Below are positions 12,701 to 25,448 of a stretch of DNA of 64,000 nucleotides, piece after piece. Each line of letters opens with the position of its first letter. Positions within the stretch are counted from its first letter, which is position 1. Location: the NCBI GenBank assembly GCA_030141605.1, contig JAQGDQ010000426.1, positions 124,001 to 188,000 on the forward strand, written 5' to 3'. A program made the position numbers and the translations under genes. A model generated the notes under the pieces. It did no database searches, was not told the DNA's origin, and worked only from the letters and a program-made list of their open reading frames with translations. Source of the stretch: Tubiluchus corallicola. Its lineage: Eukaryota; Animalia; Priapulida.

Positions 12701-15298
12701 AACATTTGTGTTTTAAAATGTACAATGTACAATGTTCATAGACCATACAGGCTGATATTAAATTATTATTATTATGCCATATCAGTCAAATTGCATAGAT
12801 AGTGAATTGCTTATTGTTGCCAGAATCCATTTTAAGCACATTTGTATTTGCTTTAAAAATTAAAATAGAGCATTGCACTCTTTCTGCATATGAACAACTT
12901 ACAACTTTGGCCTAGTAAAGGTCTTAGAATGATTTATTCATCACACAGACTGCATTGCATTTTTATACAATTTCAAAAAAGTTGAAATGAAATTAGCAAA
13001 AAATTCCACAATAACAAAAAAAGGGATTTTTCAATCTGTCACAGTGGATCTGTAATCTATTCCAGAAAAATTGCATTGCTTTTGTGACTGTTTTTCTTTT
13101 TTCCTTCTTACCCGAAGATTGTCCACGGTGCGGATGTAAGTGTCATGTGTTCTTTGTCTTTGTTGTGAAGGATAGTTTGTTAATTGCATAGTATCTATTG
13201 TTGTCACTGAAAATCATTTCTGCATTATTAACAGATAAAGTCAGTTTAATACTATAATCTTCTTCTTCTTCCCAGCTTTTCCCTGTTCGGGGTCACCGTT
13301 GTGAATGAGTCTTCTCCACGCATTCCTGTTGTTGACCATCTCTTCATTTATGTTCTTCTCTCTAAGGTCTCCATTAATACATTCAATGCATCTCCGCTTG
13401 GGTCGTCCTCTTCTTCTATTTCCATCCATCTCAACATCCTCATCTCCACCACATCCATTTTCTTCTCTTCAGTCTTCTTTAGAGAAGCTGCTTCCAGCCC
13501 ATAGATTAGAGCGGGTCTGACCACTGCTTTGTGGACTTTACTTTTAAGTCTCACCGACTCATTCATAAAAGATTTTGGCACAGTTTTTACAGGCGGATGC
13601 CCTTCCTGACCCTAACACTCCCTATTTATCCGGGCTTGGGACCGGCACTGAGTTGGGTTGGCTTGCCCCCCTCCCCAGTGGCTAGGTTAGTTTAATACTA
13701 TAATATTATAATAAATATATATTAAAAGATAAAATCAGTTTTATACTATAATATTATAGTATATATATATATATAGGGGTGTAAGCTCCCAGCTAGGTCC
13801 ACCCGGACAACAATACATTTTGCTGCATTTTAAACCACTTTTCTCCCTTCTAGAAGCCATTTCCTCAAGAAAACTGACCAGTTTAGTACAGGTGTCATCT
13901 CACCTTTGACTCAAAATTACGTATGAATCATTCATATACACTATACATGTATATGATTTACATAACTTTCATCTGTTTTCTTGTGATATATTATTTTTAC
14001 AGATATAAGGCACCTTTAGGGTCTAACAAATCGTTCTAATGCTTGTAATTCAGAGAAAATATTAATTTGGTGTGTTGTAGCTGCTGCTGTGAAATGGAGG
14101 GCCCAGGCCCTTTGGGCCCACACCCTAAATCCACCAATGATATTATACATACTGTATATATACTATATAGTTATACAAGGTATCGTTCACAATAATTATA
14201 ATATTTTCCTTGGTTATAACAGGGTGTTAGCCACCTCGAGAAACATCCTCAGATCAAGTTCACGAAATCCGACCGTCTTGGATACTTGACCTTCTGCCCA
14301 ACCAATTTGGGCACCACCCTTCGTGCCTCTGTGCATATCAAGCTACCAAAGACCTTGGACACGCCGGAAATGAAAGCTATTGTGGAAAAGCACGACCTCC
14401 AAGTCAGAGGTACATTGATGTTTCGCTACTGTTATTTAGCGAATTATTTGTGTAATTTTTAGTGCAATAATTGACATACACAGTAACATAATTAGGTAAT
14501 GAAAGATGAAAGGAACGAAGGTTTACAATTCCCCACGCAATTTAAATTAACCTAACTCTAACCCTAACCCCATTCCTCATCCTAACCCCAACCCTAACCC
14601 CATTCCTCATCCTAGCCCTAACCCTAACCCCATTCCTCATCCTAACCCCAACCCTAACCCCATTTCTCATCCTAACCCTAACCCTAACCCCATCCTAACC
14701 CCAACCCTAACCCCATTCCTCATCCTCACCCTAATCTCCCTCACCAGCTAATTTCTTGTGTGTGGGAATTGTAAACTTTGGCCAACAAAAGATTGTTTTT
14801 TTTTAATTTAAACCATGTTTTTTTTCCATTAATTAGTTGTTTTTTTTTGCTTTGTGAATTTATAGTTAAACATGTCTGTGAAGTATGAAGTTTGTGGACA
14901 CAGCTTTGTTTTGCCTTATTTGATCTGCGTAGTTGGTTCTATTAGACTCGCCTATCAGCCAAAACTCATTCAGGCTCATTTTGTTTCTTGTAGACTAGAG
15001 GATTTCTGATTTCAAATTGTCCACGTGTGAATAGAAATCAGTTTATGCATTCACTGTGTGAAGCTGGCTTTAGCTGGTTAGACACCACCACAGATTTCAC
15101 CAACTGCTGATTTCAGTTTTGGCAAACATGTCTATTCATCGTCTTTCGTTTTCAGGCACCATGGGCGAACACACCGAGACAAAGGGAGGTCTGGTAGACG
15201 TGTCAAACAAGCGTCGTCTTGGTCTGACAGAGTACGATGCAGTCAAGGCTATGTATGACGGCATCAAAGCCCTGATCGCACTCGAAGAGAAGAAGTAA
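677..15298 (+). CDS. AK: Arginine kinase (ATP:guanido phosphotransferase), 5'-partial, six exons in window
   Basis: Hand-spliced GT-AG exons 677-781, 7763-7926, 10686-10834, 11491-11656, 14223-14409 and 15156-15298 join in frame. They give ..[95 protein letters not shown]. These include the NEEDH and CPTNLGT motifs plus the Asp/Tyr (ENHDS..GVY) and Arg (DR) typical of arginine kinases. Confidence 0.95.
3586..4310 (+). mobile_element. 3' fragment of a non-LTR retrotransposon (RT C-terminus plus 3'UTR)
   Basis: [43 protein letters not shown]; (AAACT)n tail; second copy at 59224-59712. Confidence 0.85.
4523..4890 (-). mobile_element. Decayed LINE reverse transcriptase fragment
   Basis: GVRQG.VLSP and YADDLCLLA motifs with frameshifts. 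Confidence 0.8.
5019..5437 (+). repeat. Dispersed repeat (probable LINE 3' end with (AATTG)n tail)
   Basis: Near-identical copy at ~29933-30346 and an inverted 3' part at ~61040-61187. Confidence 0.75.
7763..7926 (+). CDS. AK: Arginine kinase exon ([31 protein letters not shown])
   Basis: ttttag| acceptor and |gtaagt donor; STRVR.GRS motif. Confidence 0.94.
9319..9770. repeat. Minisatellite, ~93-bp unit x ~5
   Basis: Repeated GGTTCTAGCTGGTTGCACCAACTTTGGTG...GGGAACTTTACAGT. Confidence 0.92.
10686..10834 (+). CDS. AK: Arginine kinase exon ([21 protein letters not shown])
   Basis: tatag| acceptor and |gtattg donor; DHFLF motif. Confidence 0.94.
11491..11656 (+). CDS. AK: Arginine kinase exon ([27 protein letters not shown])
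   Basis: tttcag| acceptor and |gtgagt donor; NEEDH motif. Confidence 0.96.
11812..12514. mobile_element. hAT-type MITE in AK intron
   Basis: TIR CAGGGATGTTACCGAAA / TTTCGGTAACATCCCTG; exact 8-bp TSD ATTTGCAT. Confidence 0.9.
13259..13688 (-). mobile_element. Bipartite non-autonomous RTE element (RTE 5' head plus deleted 3' end)
   Basis: Head GCCGGTCCCAAGCCCGGATAAA..GGGCATCCGCCTGTAAAA fused to sequence near-identical to the 29350 LINE; (GAA)n tail; 16-bp TSD AGTTTAATACTATAAT. Confidence 0.9.
14223..14409 (+). CDS. AK: Arginine kinase exon ([35 protein letters not shown])
   Basis: aacag| acceptor and |gtacat donor; active-site Cys motif CPTNLGT. Confidence 0.96.
14519..14780. repeat. Telomere-like (CCCTAA-containing) 30-bp tandem array bracketed by inverted repeats
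   Basis: (CCTAACCCCAACCCTAACCCCATTCCTCAT)n between GTTTACAATTCCC and GGGAATTGTAAAC. Confidence 0.8.
15156..15298 (+). CDS. AK: Arginine kinase terminal exon ([26 protein letters not shown])
   Basis: tttcag| acceptor and TAA at 15296-15298; an AATAAA follows at 15704-15709. Confidence 0.95.
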
Positions 15299-18200
15299 AC
15301 GAACCCCGTGTTCAACGAACGTTTTTTGTTGCTTTTTACTCCCCGTACAATAATGGCGTCCAGAAATAATTGGCAAAAAACTAATTGCGTTGATAATTTT
15401 CTGTGAGCAAACCATACATAGTTTCAGACTCTAGTACTGACGTTTCTTAATGGTTTTAGTGCAATAATTTATTGTTTTTCTCTTTTATTCTCTGCATTAT
15501 TGTGGAAATTCGAAAACGCACAATTTCGAGCAGCAAATTAAATTTTAGCAAGAACATTCATTTTATACTATGCAATTATGGTTAAGATTCTCAGTTGTAT
15601 TGTGATTATTAGGAGGGAAATCATCTGTATTCTATTGTTACTCTTTTACCAATATAAGTTATCATTAATCCGTACTCCGGATGTGTTAGTGTGTATATAA
15701 GTCAATAAAATACATGACAGAGTGGAAGATACTTGTTTTCAGTGTTTCCACTGAAACCTACATAATTGTATTAAAATCCTCATACTGGACAATTAATGCT
15801 AAGGTAAAGAATCTATTAGACAATATGCCTACATGTATTTCCCTAATTTGACAGTATTGTTCTAACATTACATGTATTACAGGTGTAACACCTTGACACA
15901 GCTGCTAAAATGATTGACAATTGCAGTACAACATATTAAACACTAGCAACTGAGTTTTTTCTACATTTGTAAATTGCTACTTGTCGCATGCCAAAACAAA
16001 TTAGTAAATTTCAATTTTGAATTTCTTTGAGTTCTGAAGCGATGTAAAGCATTGGTTTCAAAAAGCATTGCTACAAGTGAACTTCTGTTAAAATAATTTG
16101 GTGCTTTTTGAATGCAATGTTTTTCGCTGATAATTAAACTAGAATTACAAAATATGTAATTCTGATCCGTGTGATTCTGACCGTGAAAACGTGCTATTTA
16201 AGAAAAATAAATTGGAAACAGAAAACAGAACAGAGACCCCAAACGACAATTTTCGCACTTTCTGCTTTTCCCATAATTACCAAGGTGGAGACTAATTAGC
16301 ATAATGTTCGTTTTAAACATGCATATCAGAGATTGATACTTTTTACAAGCAAATAATTAGTTACTTTCTAAGCTGACACTCAGCACTACACGACAGTGCC
16401 TGCTCAATGTGCAATCTTTGTGGTAAGACGGCAATTTAGATTTAGCACATTCCGTTATCACTCGTCTATACAGTAGTCAGTCTTAGCCCAAAATACTGCT
16501 GGTAGTGCGCTAACATCAATGCTTTTATGATAAAGCATGCTAATAAATTTGCATTAAGGAACTAAAACTGCATGCCCACTTGAATAACTGTAATTTGGCA
16601 ATATAATGTGCGCAGAAGAGTGAGGTATTCCGCTAACACAGAAATAGAAAACCTGCAGCACATGTTTATCGGTGCATAACACCGTGCTGCCATCTGGAGA
16701 ACGATTTATAGAACAAAGAGCAAAAATACGTTTTCACGAACAGACAAACTTCATCTGATTATAATCAGTTACTCATTTAAAAAAATAAATTGGGGGAATG
16801 TGTCCTCATTTAGACCCAACGTTCAAGCGTTTTACAAACTGACAAAAGTTTGACGACAGACGAGTTGAAGGAAATGTTTTATTTTCCCAACACAGATGGT
16901 GTACCCCCCACCCCCCAGAAAAAAATTCATCCCAAAACTGTAAAAATATGGAAATTAACAGGTGACAAGAGCCAAGAAAAGAAAAAAAAAATTGATGGAG
17001 TTGCAAATCGTCTCTTCTGTTTTACCACTTAAAGGCGGTCTACTTAGGCCTGCGTACATGTTAACGTCAGCTGTAACGGAACGTTATTGACGCTATATTA
17101 ACGTAATGTAATGTTATGATTTCTTGTAACCAGAAACTGAGTTTCGGGAAATTCTAATTAGCAATATAGTCCGAAAATTAAACGAGTTTGATGTGAATAA
17201 TTATGTATTCTTTCTCGGTCTGTCTGTGGTACTAACGGTATGAAGTTTAATTCACAGACCTATGGAACATTTGAAGAGCAAAATATGGTGCAGGTTACTG
17301 TATTTAGGGTTTTTTTTCATTACGACCGCCACTTTGATAATTTTCAAAATGTCGGAAAACAACATTACATTGCTCCAACATAAAGCGATACTAGACAACC
17401 ATGGATGCGATTTATTTCATTTTACGGCAGCAAAGGGTTTTCAGACACCAATATCCAACTTTTTTTACAAACAATATCAAGACTTAGTCTCTATTGATAT
17501 TTTGACAACTGAGATAAATTTTAAAAAAGGAATTTAAAACATATGCCACTCCAACTAATTAGAGACGGATATTGAAACGCCTTCTCACAGTAAGACTCAA
17601 AACAAACACTAAAGTAGACGAGTTCAAAAGACTTTAGGGCTAATCCTGTTAAAAGGAATTGCAAATCCCCGTTGGCTAAGATCGCCAGGTAGACACACAA
17701 TCCATTAACGTCACTTTATGCTGTTGACAGGGACTAAAAAAAATTATTTCGACAAAAAGCTAAACTCGTGTTAGAAAAGATGTGGAAAGTCCAGTTACGT
17801 AGAACTTAAATATGATTTTGTTGGGAAAAACTGATTTGGGAACGCTTTTAAATATTAAAAGGGGAGTACAGCAAATTTTAATACCTTTCATCACTTTTCA
17901 TACGTTTCAACTCACTGCAAGCAAAGAGAAACGGTTGACTATTATAGTGAATGAGTATGCGATCACATTATAACTTGCAAATTTTAATTCGTCTGTAATC
18001 TAATCTGTAATCTTTGCACGTGCATTAGCCAAGTATCCAACAAATAAACTATACCACATAATTATAACTGTAACTAATATAATAATGGCTGAGGAAAGAT
18101 AAGCATTTTATAAATTAGCGGTTATTGTACACTATGACACGCCTGCAAACAACACCGATCAACAAGGCCTGCTTATAAAAATTATCTTAGTTTTGACTTT

Positions 18201-19422
18201 ATTAAAAATTGTCTTCTCAAACGAGACATGGCAGTGGCGTCTGGCTAAAAATTATGAAGTATTGTCTTCTCAAACGAGGCATGGTAGTGGTGTCTGGCTA
18301 AAAATTATGAAGTCCCATCTTCTAAATAAAGCCGCAGAGGCTGGTGCAATGTACATCCTCGCATCTTCCGCTGCCCAACTCAGCAGAAGACAACCTAACA
18401 AATGCTTGTATCAGTTGTACGTTTGTTAGCGGCTCTCTTACTAGGTCAGAAACGCCTATAGAAGAAAATAGAATTCTTATACAGTTGAAAAGTTGAAGCA
18501 ACTGTTGCAGTCGCAGCTTACAATGATATTAGAGACAAAAGATGCGATCATACATCAAGTAGTAAGTGAGAAATTTGATCGCTTATAAATAATATAAATA
18601 AACTTGTGTTTTGCACACTATCAGTTTTTCTTTCATCATAACTATACAGTTTGGGTTTTATAGAGGGCTAACCGAAGCGTTCACGCTACGGCGTGAAACA
18701 CTGTAAATTATGCGATTGATATTCAATGCAAGATTTCAAAGTATCGTTTTCTAATTGTATGCCATCTTGTCATTTAAAATTTAGTTCTTACAGGTCAGAG
18801 TTTTATTTTTGCGACGGCCACTTTGACAGTTTATAAAATAGACAAACTTGGACAGGACTTATTTCATTTTAGAACTACGTACGTTTTGCAGCAAATGGTT
18901 TTCAGACACTAATATCCAGATTTTTTAACAACAACATTTAGTTTTTATTGATATTTCGACAAACGACTTAAACTTTAAAAGAGGAATTAAAACATATGCC
19001 ACTCCAACTAATTGCACCCTTTGCAAAATGTTGTGTCACCGTCAACGCCATACGTGAATCAAAGAGGACATATGCCCTCTCAAACAAGTTGCAGTCACCA
19101 TTTTGCTACGAAGACAAGTCTGGCGTTTTACTTTGGAATCTCTTTGTAAAGAAATCTTGGTTTTCAGTACACTTAAGATAAAACTTAACGAAAAGTGAAA
19201 CCTAAATGGAGTACACAAAAATTCTGCAAACAATGATCAGACAGAGAGGCTCGTACTTTTAAATTTTTTTGTATGAAGTTGTTCTCAATTAAGGCACTTA
19301 ATTCAGAGTGTGATGTAAAAAACATCTTAGCATCTTGCCCATGTGAATTTAAAGAAAAGATATACAACAACGCAACTAATGCTTACAATTGTTAATGTTT
19401 TAACACCTTCATTTTATCTATT

Positions 19423-22400
19423 TCACTTCGTTAAGCTGTCTTTTAATTTTGACAAAGTTTTTTGAATGTGGTCAAGTACGCCATCGCCATCGGCGTCTAA
19501 GTCATATCTGTCCGGTATACCATCTCCATCTTTATCCTGTTTGTGATCAGGTACACCGTCACCATCATGGTCATCATCTAAATGGTCCGGAATGCCATCC
19601 TTGTCCAAATCTTCATGCACATCTAAAATGCCATCATTGTCGTCATCATGATCATGAATATCTAGGATGCCATCACCATCTGTATCGCGATGAGCATCGG
19701 TTTTGCCATCACCATCTGCGTCCAAATCCCACCTATCTGGAATGCCATCTTTGTCTTTATCTTGTAAATGATCTAGTATGCCATCACCATCATGGTCTTT
19801 GTCAAGACTATCAGGTATTCCATCCTTGTCAGTGTCCTGGTGAACATCGAGAATACCGTCACCATCAGCATCTGCATCCCATCTATCTGGTATCCCATCT
19901 TTATCGGCATCTTGATGCATGTCCAAAATGCCGTCACCATCATAGTCACTGTCCAAATGATCTGGTATACCGTCGCCGTCAGTATCTTCTGCCTTATCTG
20001 GCTGGCCATCTCCATCATGGTCAAAATCATCATGTGTATCAATTATTCCATCTCCATCATGATCATGGTCCCATCGATCAGGAATGTTATCTCCATCAGC
20101 GTCTTTCAGAAAGTCTAGAATTCCATCACCATCATGATCAGCATCCAATGAGTCTGGAATACCATCAGAATCTTTATCTTGCAGTCTATCCAGTATTCCA
20201 TCTCCATCAGCATCTATATCCCAGCGGTCTGGGATTCCATCACGATCACTGTCCTTTAATCTGTCGGGTATGCCGTCACCATCATAATCTTCATCAACAT
20301 TGTCTGGTATTCCATCACTGTCATGATCTTCCAAATGATCAGGTATGCCATCGTTATCATCATCAGTATCTACACAATCCGGAATTCCGTCTTGATCAAA
20401 ATCTAATTTGTGATCATCACAGTATTTATCTCCATCACTATCATGGTCCCACCTATCTGGAATGCCATCATTGTCACGATCCTCATCTTTGTCTAATATG
20501 CCATTTCCATCTGCATCTGCATCTAAACTACTGATGATTCCATCATTATCGCGGTCTTGTATAGAATCAAGTATATAATCCCCATCTTTGTCAATATCCC
20601 ACCTGTCTGGAATGTTATCTCCATCTAAATCTTCTAACTTGTCTAAAATTCCATCACCATCATAATCAGGATCCATATAGTCTGGAATTTTGTCGCCATC
20701 TCTATCTGTTAATCTGTCCTGTTTTCCATCTTGGTTTGCATCATTGTCCCATCTATCAGGTATACCATCATTATCACCATCCTCATTATTGTCGGGAATG
20801 CCATCATTGTCAAAATCTGAATCTTTGTAATCAGGAATGGAATCATCATCTGTGTCCCAATCTTTGTCAGGTATACCATCACCATCTGCATCTCTATCCC
20901 ATCGATCAGGAATGTCATCTCCATCCATGTCCTCATCTTTATCTGGAATACCATTTCCATTAGCATCTTGATCTATACTATTAGGAATGCCATCCTGATC
21001 ATCATCTTGAAGGTAATCAGGAATTCCATCATTATCAGCATCTATATCCCATCGATCAGGAATACCATCTTTATCTAAGTCTTCAAGTAAATCTAAAATT
21101 CCGTTTCCATCCATATCTGGGTCATATTTATCTGGTATGCCATCTCTATCTGCATCTTCTGTATTATCAAGTTTGTTATCTCCATCATAATCACGGTCAC
21201 GTTTATCAGGAACACCATCATTGTCCATGTCATATTCATTATCAGGAACTCCATCGCCATTAACATCAATGTCCCATCGATCGGGAATTCCATCTTTATC
21301 TTTGTCTTCAAGTTTGTCAAGGATACCATTTCCATCAAAGTCGGCATCAAGCTTATCTGGAATACCATCCTTATCTAAATCCTGCAGATAATCTGGGATG
21401 CCATCCCCATCAGCATCTCTATCATATCTGTCAGGAATTCCGTCCCCATCACTATCTTCATTGAAGTCAATGATACCATCACCATCTGAATCGGAATCTT
21501 TGTAATCAGGTATACCATCTCGATCTCTGTCATGAAGTAAATCTTTCTTTCCATCACCATCTGCATCAGAATCCCATCTGTCTGGTATACCATCATTGTC
21601 TTTATCTTCTTGCCAATCAATAATTTTGTTGCCATCGTAGTCACTGTCCCACAAGTCTGGAATGCCATCATGGTCTGTATCTTCTATTAGATCAATAACA
21701 CCATCTCCATCAGCATCAGCATCGAGGCTATCAGGAATCCCATCACTATCCATGTCCTTGATTGTATCAGGAATTCCCTTTCCTGATGGGTCTACGTCCC
21801 AACGATCTGGTATGTTATCTTTGTCAGCATCCTCGTATTTGTCTATTTTTCCATTATTATCATAGTTAGCATCCATCCAGTCAGGTACACCATCTTCGTC
21901 AAAGTCCTGAAATTTGTCGAGAATATTGTCGTTATTTGCATCAATATCCCATCTATCAGGAATTTTGTCGTCATCAAAATCTAGTTGGCTATCAATAATT
22001 CCATCACCATCATAATCTGGATCAAGGTAGTCAGGAATACCATCTTTATCGAGGTCTTCAGCAGTATCTGGAATACCATCATTGTCATCATCAGGATCTT
22101 TACAGTCTGGTATACCATCTTTATCTGTATCTACATGACTGCAGTCATTAGTATCATGGTCCCAGCGATCTGGGATTCCATCTTTGTCGGAATCTTCTAA
22201 ATAATCTAGTATACCATTACCATCATAGTCAGGATCTAAGCTATCTGGTATGCCATCATTGTCTTTATCTTGTTTTCTGTCCATAATGCCATCACCGTCT
22301 GCATCCATGTCCCAACGATCAGGTGTTCCATCACCATCAGAATCTTTGTGTATATCTAATATACCATCTCCATCAAAGTCAGCATCTAAATGATCTGGAA

Positions 22401-23009
22401 TTGAGTCTTTATCTAGATCTTCTTTTCTGTCTGGTATTCCGTCACCATCTGAGTCATGATTTTCAGGCAAATCCCATATGCCATCTGCATTGTAGTCGTG
22501 ATCCCATCTGTCTGGAATTCCATCTTTGTCTTGATCTTCTAGATGATCAGCAATACCATCCCCATCAAAATCTGGATCAATTCTATCCGGAATTCCATCT
22601 TTATCATAATCTTGTTTCCAGTCATCAATGCCATCACCATCTGCATCATGGTCCCACCTGTCTGGAATTCCATCTCCGTCTGCATCTTCTAAATGATCAG
22701 GAATACCATTGCCATCATAGTCTGAATCAAGATGATCTGGAATACCGTCATTATCAGTGTCTTCTAGTCTATCAGGTATGCCATCACCATCAAGGTCGGA
22801 ATCGTGGTGTAAATCAAGTACTCCATCACCATCATGATCTAAATCCCATCGGTCAGGAATGCCATCATTGTCAGCATCCTCCTTATAATCGGGAATACCA
22901 TCACCATCGATATCATGATCGTGGATATCTAAAATACCATCTTTGTCTATATCATGATGCTTTTTATCTTCTACGTCATTGTAAGAGTATTGTGATGCAT
23001 CATTCAGTT
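19423..23009 (-). CDS. Repeat exon of the secreted DxDxDG protein
   Basis: Matches the 1208-aa ORF. The residues before E-L-N-D in that ORF (MLHLMIVFCSIIS) are intronic polypyrimidine tract. Confidence 0.93.
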
Positions 23010-24725
23010 CTGAAATAATAGAACAAAAAACAATCATTAGATGCAACATTAGAGGCTAGCCAAGACCCGGCAAAAGATTTTACTCATAAACGCCAATAAT
23101 GCGCAAGCATGCTACATAGTGTTCGTTTATTATCTACGCACTTAAAAATAATCTGTTAGATATTACCATTAACGCAAACCCAGCAGAATGGAATGACGTC
23201 AGAGCAATGCAAGCGTCAACGAGAATCGCCCGAAATGGAGCTTCCGAAAAACTCCTCTTGGCGAATGTTTCCCCAAAAGCGACTCACATAAACGTGTAGC
23301 CCTATCCCCCTCTTTCCAAATAGCTGCAGATCTTCCTCCCAGACCCCAATCAGGTGCCGCTGGGACGTTTTTTCTACAGTGTGTTCTTCTAAAAGTTCCA
23401 AAAAATCGGATAGATGTGTCGGGAAAAACGAGCGTTGAGAAAAGTCGTGGGTTTGAACTTGCCATCAAACTATTATGAGCACTATTATACCGCGTGAGAA
23501 ACAAGAGGTATAAATTTTCGCCCCTCCGTTCCTCCCGGTGTCCCGGATTCGAAAAATGAACCATCAACGAGGCGACATTTGATCGAGAATTTTCGTTTGT
23601 AATATAGAACACCGCAAATGATGCAATCATTAAAACTGTAGCCTCAAGTCTTGTATATAAAAAACGTGCCATACCACAGATATTAATATTATAGAAGATT
23701 TAGATGTAAAACCCAATTTTTTGTTTCGTTTTTTTTGGTGAAATGAAACACCCTTATTTTGGTAGAAAAAGAACTGTTGCTCAATGAACCTTAACAGCCT
23801 AATTTAAACGCTACAAGAACGTTTAGGAAAGACTAGTTGCAAGAAATCTTCGTTGTATAAATTCACGTAACTCAATCACACTTTTGACAATAATACCCGT
23901 TTATATTATTTATTTTTATTGTGTTTAATGCTTCACAAATTGACTAATGACTGGCAAAAAGATGTGATTAAAAGTTCATCTCAACCTGGAATCGACCACG
24001 CTCTGTTTGCAAGTCAAATCCTCTTTCTAATAACAATCAATTCGTTCAACGCTTTCAGCCACTGTAGCACAGTTTAAACAATAGTCTAACATGTAATACT
24101 ATTGTTTAAACTGTGACTGTAGTGTATAAGATAGCTTTATTTGTTAACAAACTGGACGCAAACGTCATCGGTTAATCGCTTAAATGAAAAAGACTGACTA
24201 TCACAGCGTGACATAATCAATGTGAAAAAAACGGAAGCGGAAATAATCCCTGTGTCGAATTAAGAAACCAGAAACCAAGATTTTAGTTTCGTGAAAAGAA
24301 CGGTTTTTACCAAGGCTGTTTTTACCGCGAAAGATCTTGAAGACTGCAGTAGCATGCATGGCAGACTATATTTATTTGTTATTTGTTTTATTCACTCTCC
24401 TCATATACACAAATTACAAAAAATACATATTTAATATAGAAATTTGGCATAAAGACTACACATTACTCAAAATAAATATCTAAATAGCATTTCAAAAATT
24501 TTGTGCATGACTAGAGAAAGGGAATGGTCTGCACAACGTAGGCCTACATAAACCTGTATAAACGTTGATCAGCAAATTCTAAAATGCATTCACACCTTTA
24601 TAGGTTAGTAAAATGAGTACCTCTCACTGATCTGTAAAATGAATATCATACTCACCTTGAGCAAATGTCAGATGAGCTGCATTCCAAAGAGCGGAAATGC
24701 ATAAAAAACAAAGCATTAACTTCAT
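19423..24725 (-). CDS. Secreted Asp-rich DxDxDG (thrombospondin type-3-like) repeat Ca2+-binding protein, two exons, ~1218 aa
   Basis: Exon 1 (24725-24656) encodes the signal-peptide-like MKLMLCFLCISALWNAAHLTFAQ and ends CAAG|gtgagt. Exon 2 (23009-19423) begins after tttcag| in compatible phase 1 (E-L-N-D..). It is an uninterrupted 3.6-kb ORF of ~90 DxDxDG(I/V)(P/L)D motifs ending ..QKTLSKLKDSLTK*. Confidence 0.9.
24656..24725 (-). CDS. Signal-peptide exon of the secreted DxDxDG repeat protein
   Basis: ATG AAG TTA ATG CTT TGT TTT TTA TGC ATT...GCT CAA G|gtgagt: basic N-terminus, hydrophobic core and a T-F-A/Q cleavage-like end. Confidence 0.82.
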
Positions 24726-24799
24726 TATATCACCAAAAACAACCGACTAGACGCGATACGTGGAAACGACAAAATGTGCAGAACACAAAATTCGCTTTC

Positions 24800-24840
24800 C
24801 AGTGCGTTTTTGGCGACAAAATGGATCCAGTATTTATCAG
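24800..24840 (-). promoter_or_regulatory. Possible core promoter (GATAAATA TATA-like element) of the secreted repeat gene
   Basis: Minus-strand GATAAATA at ~24838-24831, ~105 bp upstream of the ATG; positional inference only. Confidence 0.3.
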
Positions 24841-25448
24841 GTGTTTAAAACAGCAAAACACGCCTCTGGTCAAGCGGGGCCAGTCATTAGGAAAGTGTCG
24901 TCTTTAGCGTGTTGCCTAGGAAGGGAAGCATTATAAATTACCACCTCGAGCAATATCAAACTTGTTTCAGGCAGTCAGGCAGTTTTTGTCGAATGTTGAA
25001 AAAGTTTACTTCAAACATGCATTTCTTTACTTACCAATGTCATTGTCAGGGACATTTTCATGTTGCTTCTTAATTAATATAAGTCTGCGTGGAAATGTTT
25101 ATTTAATTGAGGTTATTAATTATAAATGTGACGCAGTTGGCAAATTTATAAGAGAATTCTGTCTTGAGATTTGTTGAGTAGAATAGGATTGTGGATGCGC
25201 CCATTCCAGGCAAAGAAACGGCAAAAATCAGTATGGAACTGTGCGATAGACCTGCAATTTATTAAAATAACAGATCACAAAAAGTGCTTAAGAATGTGTT
25301 AAAGATTGGTCAAGATTTCGGACTGCAACCACGCAGTCCAGTGTTTAAGAATAGCGGGTGCCAGGGCCAAGGCAAATAGCCTACATTCGTTATTTGGGTG
25401 TTGCCTCCTTGCCTGTACTGTTGTCTGTACAAGACGCTAATCAGCCAT

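Noticed and set aside
19449-23018. His-rich plus-strand ORFs (361 aa, 231 aa and others)
   Set aside because: These are antisense shadows of the GAT/GGT-rich Asp/Gly codons of the real minus-strand gene.
23970-24070. tRNA or tRNA-derived SINE head on the minus strand
   Set aside because: Only weak A/B-box resemblance and no convincing cloverleaf.
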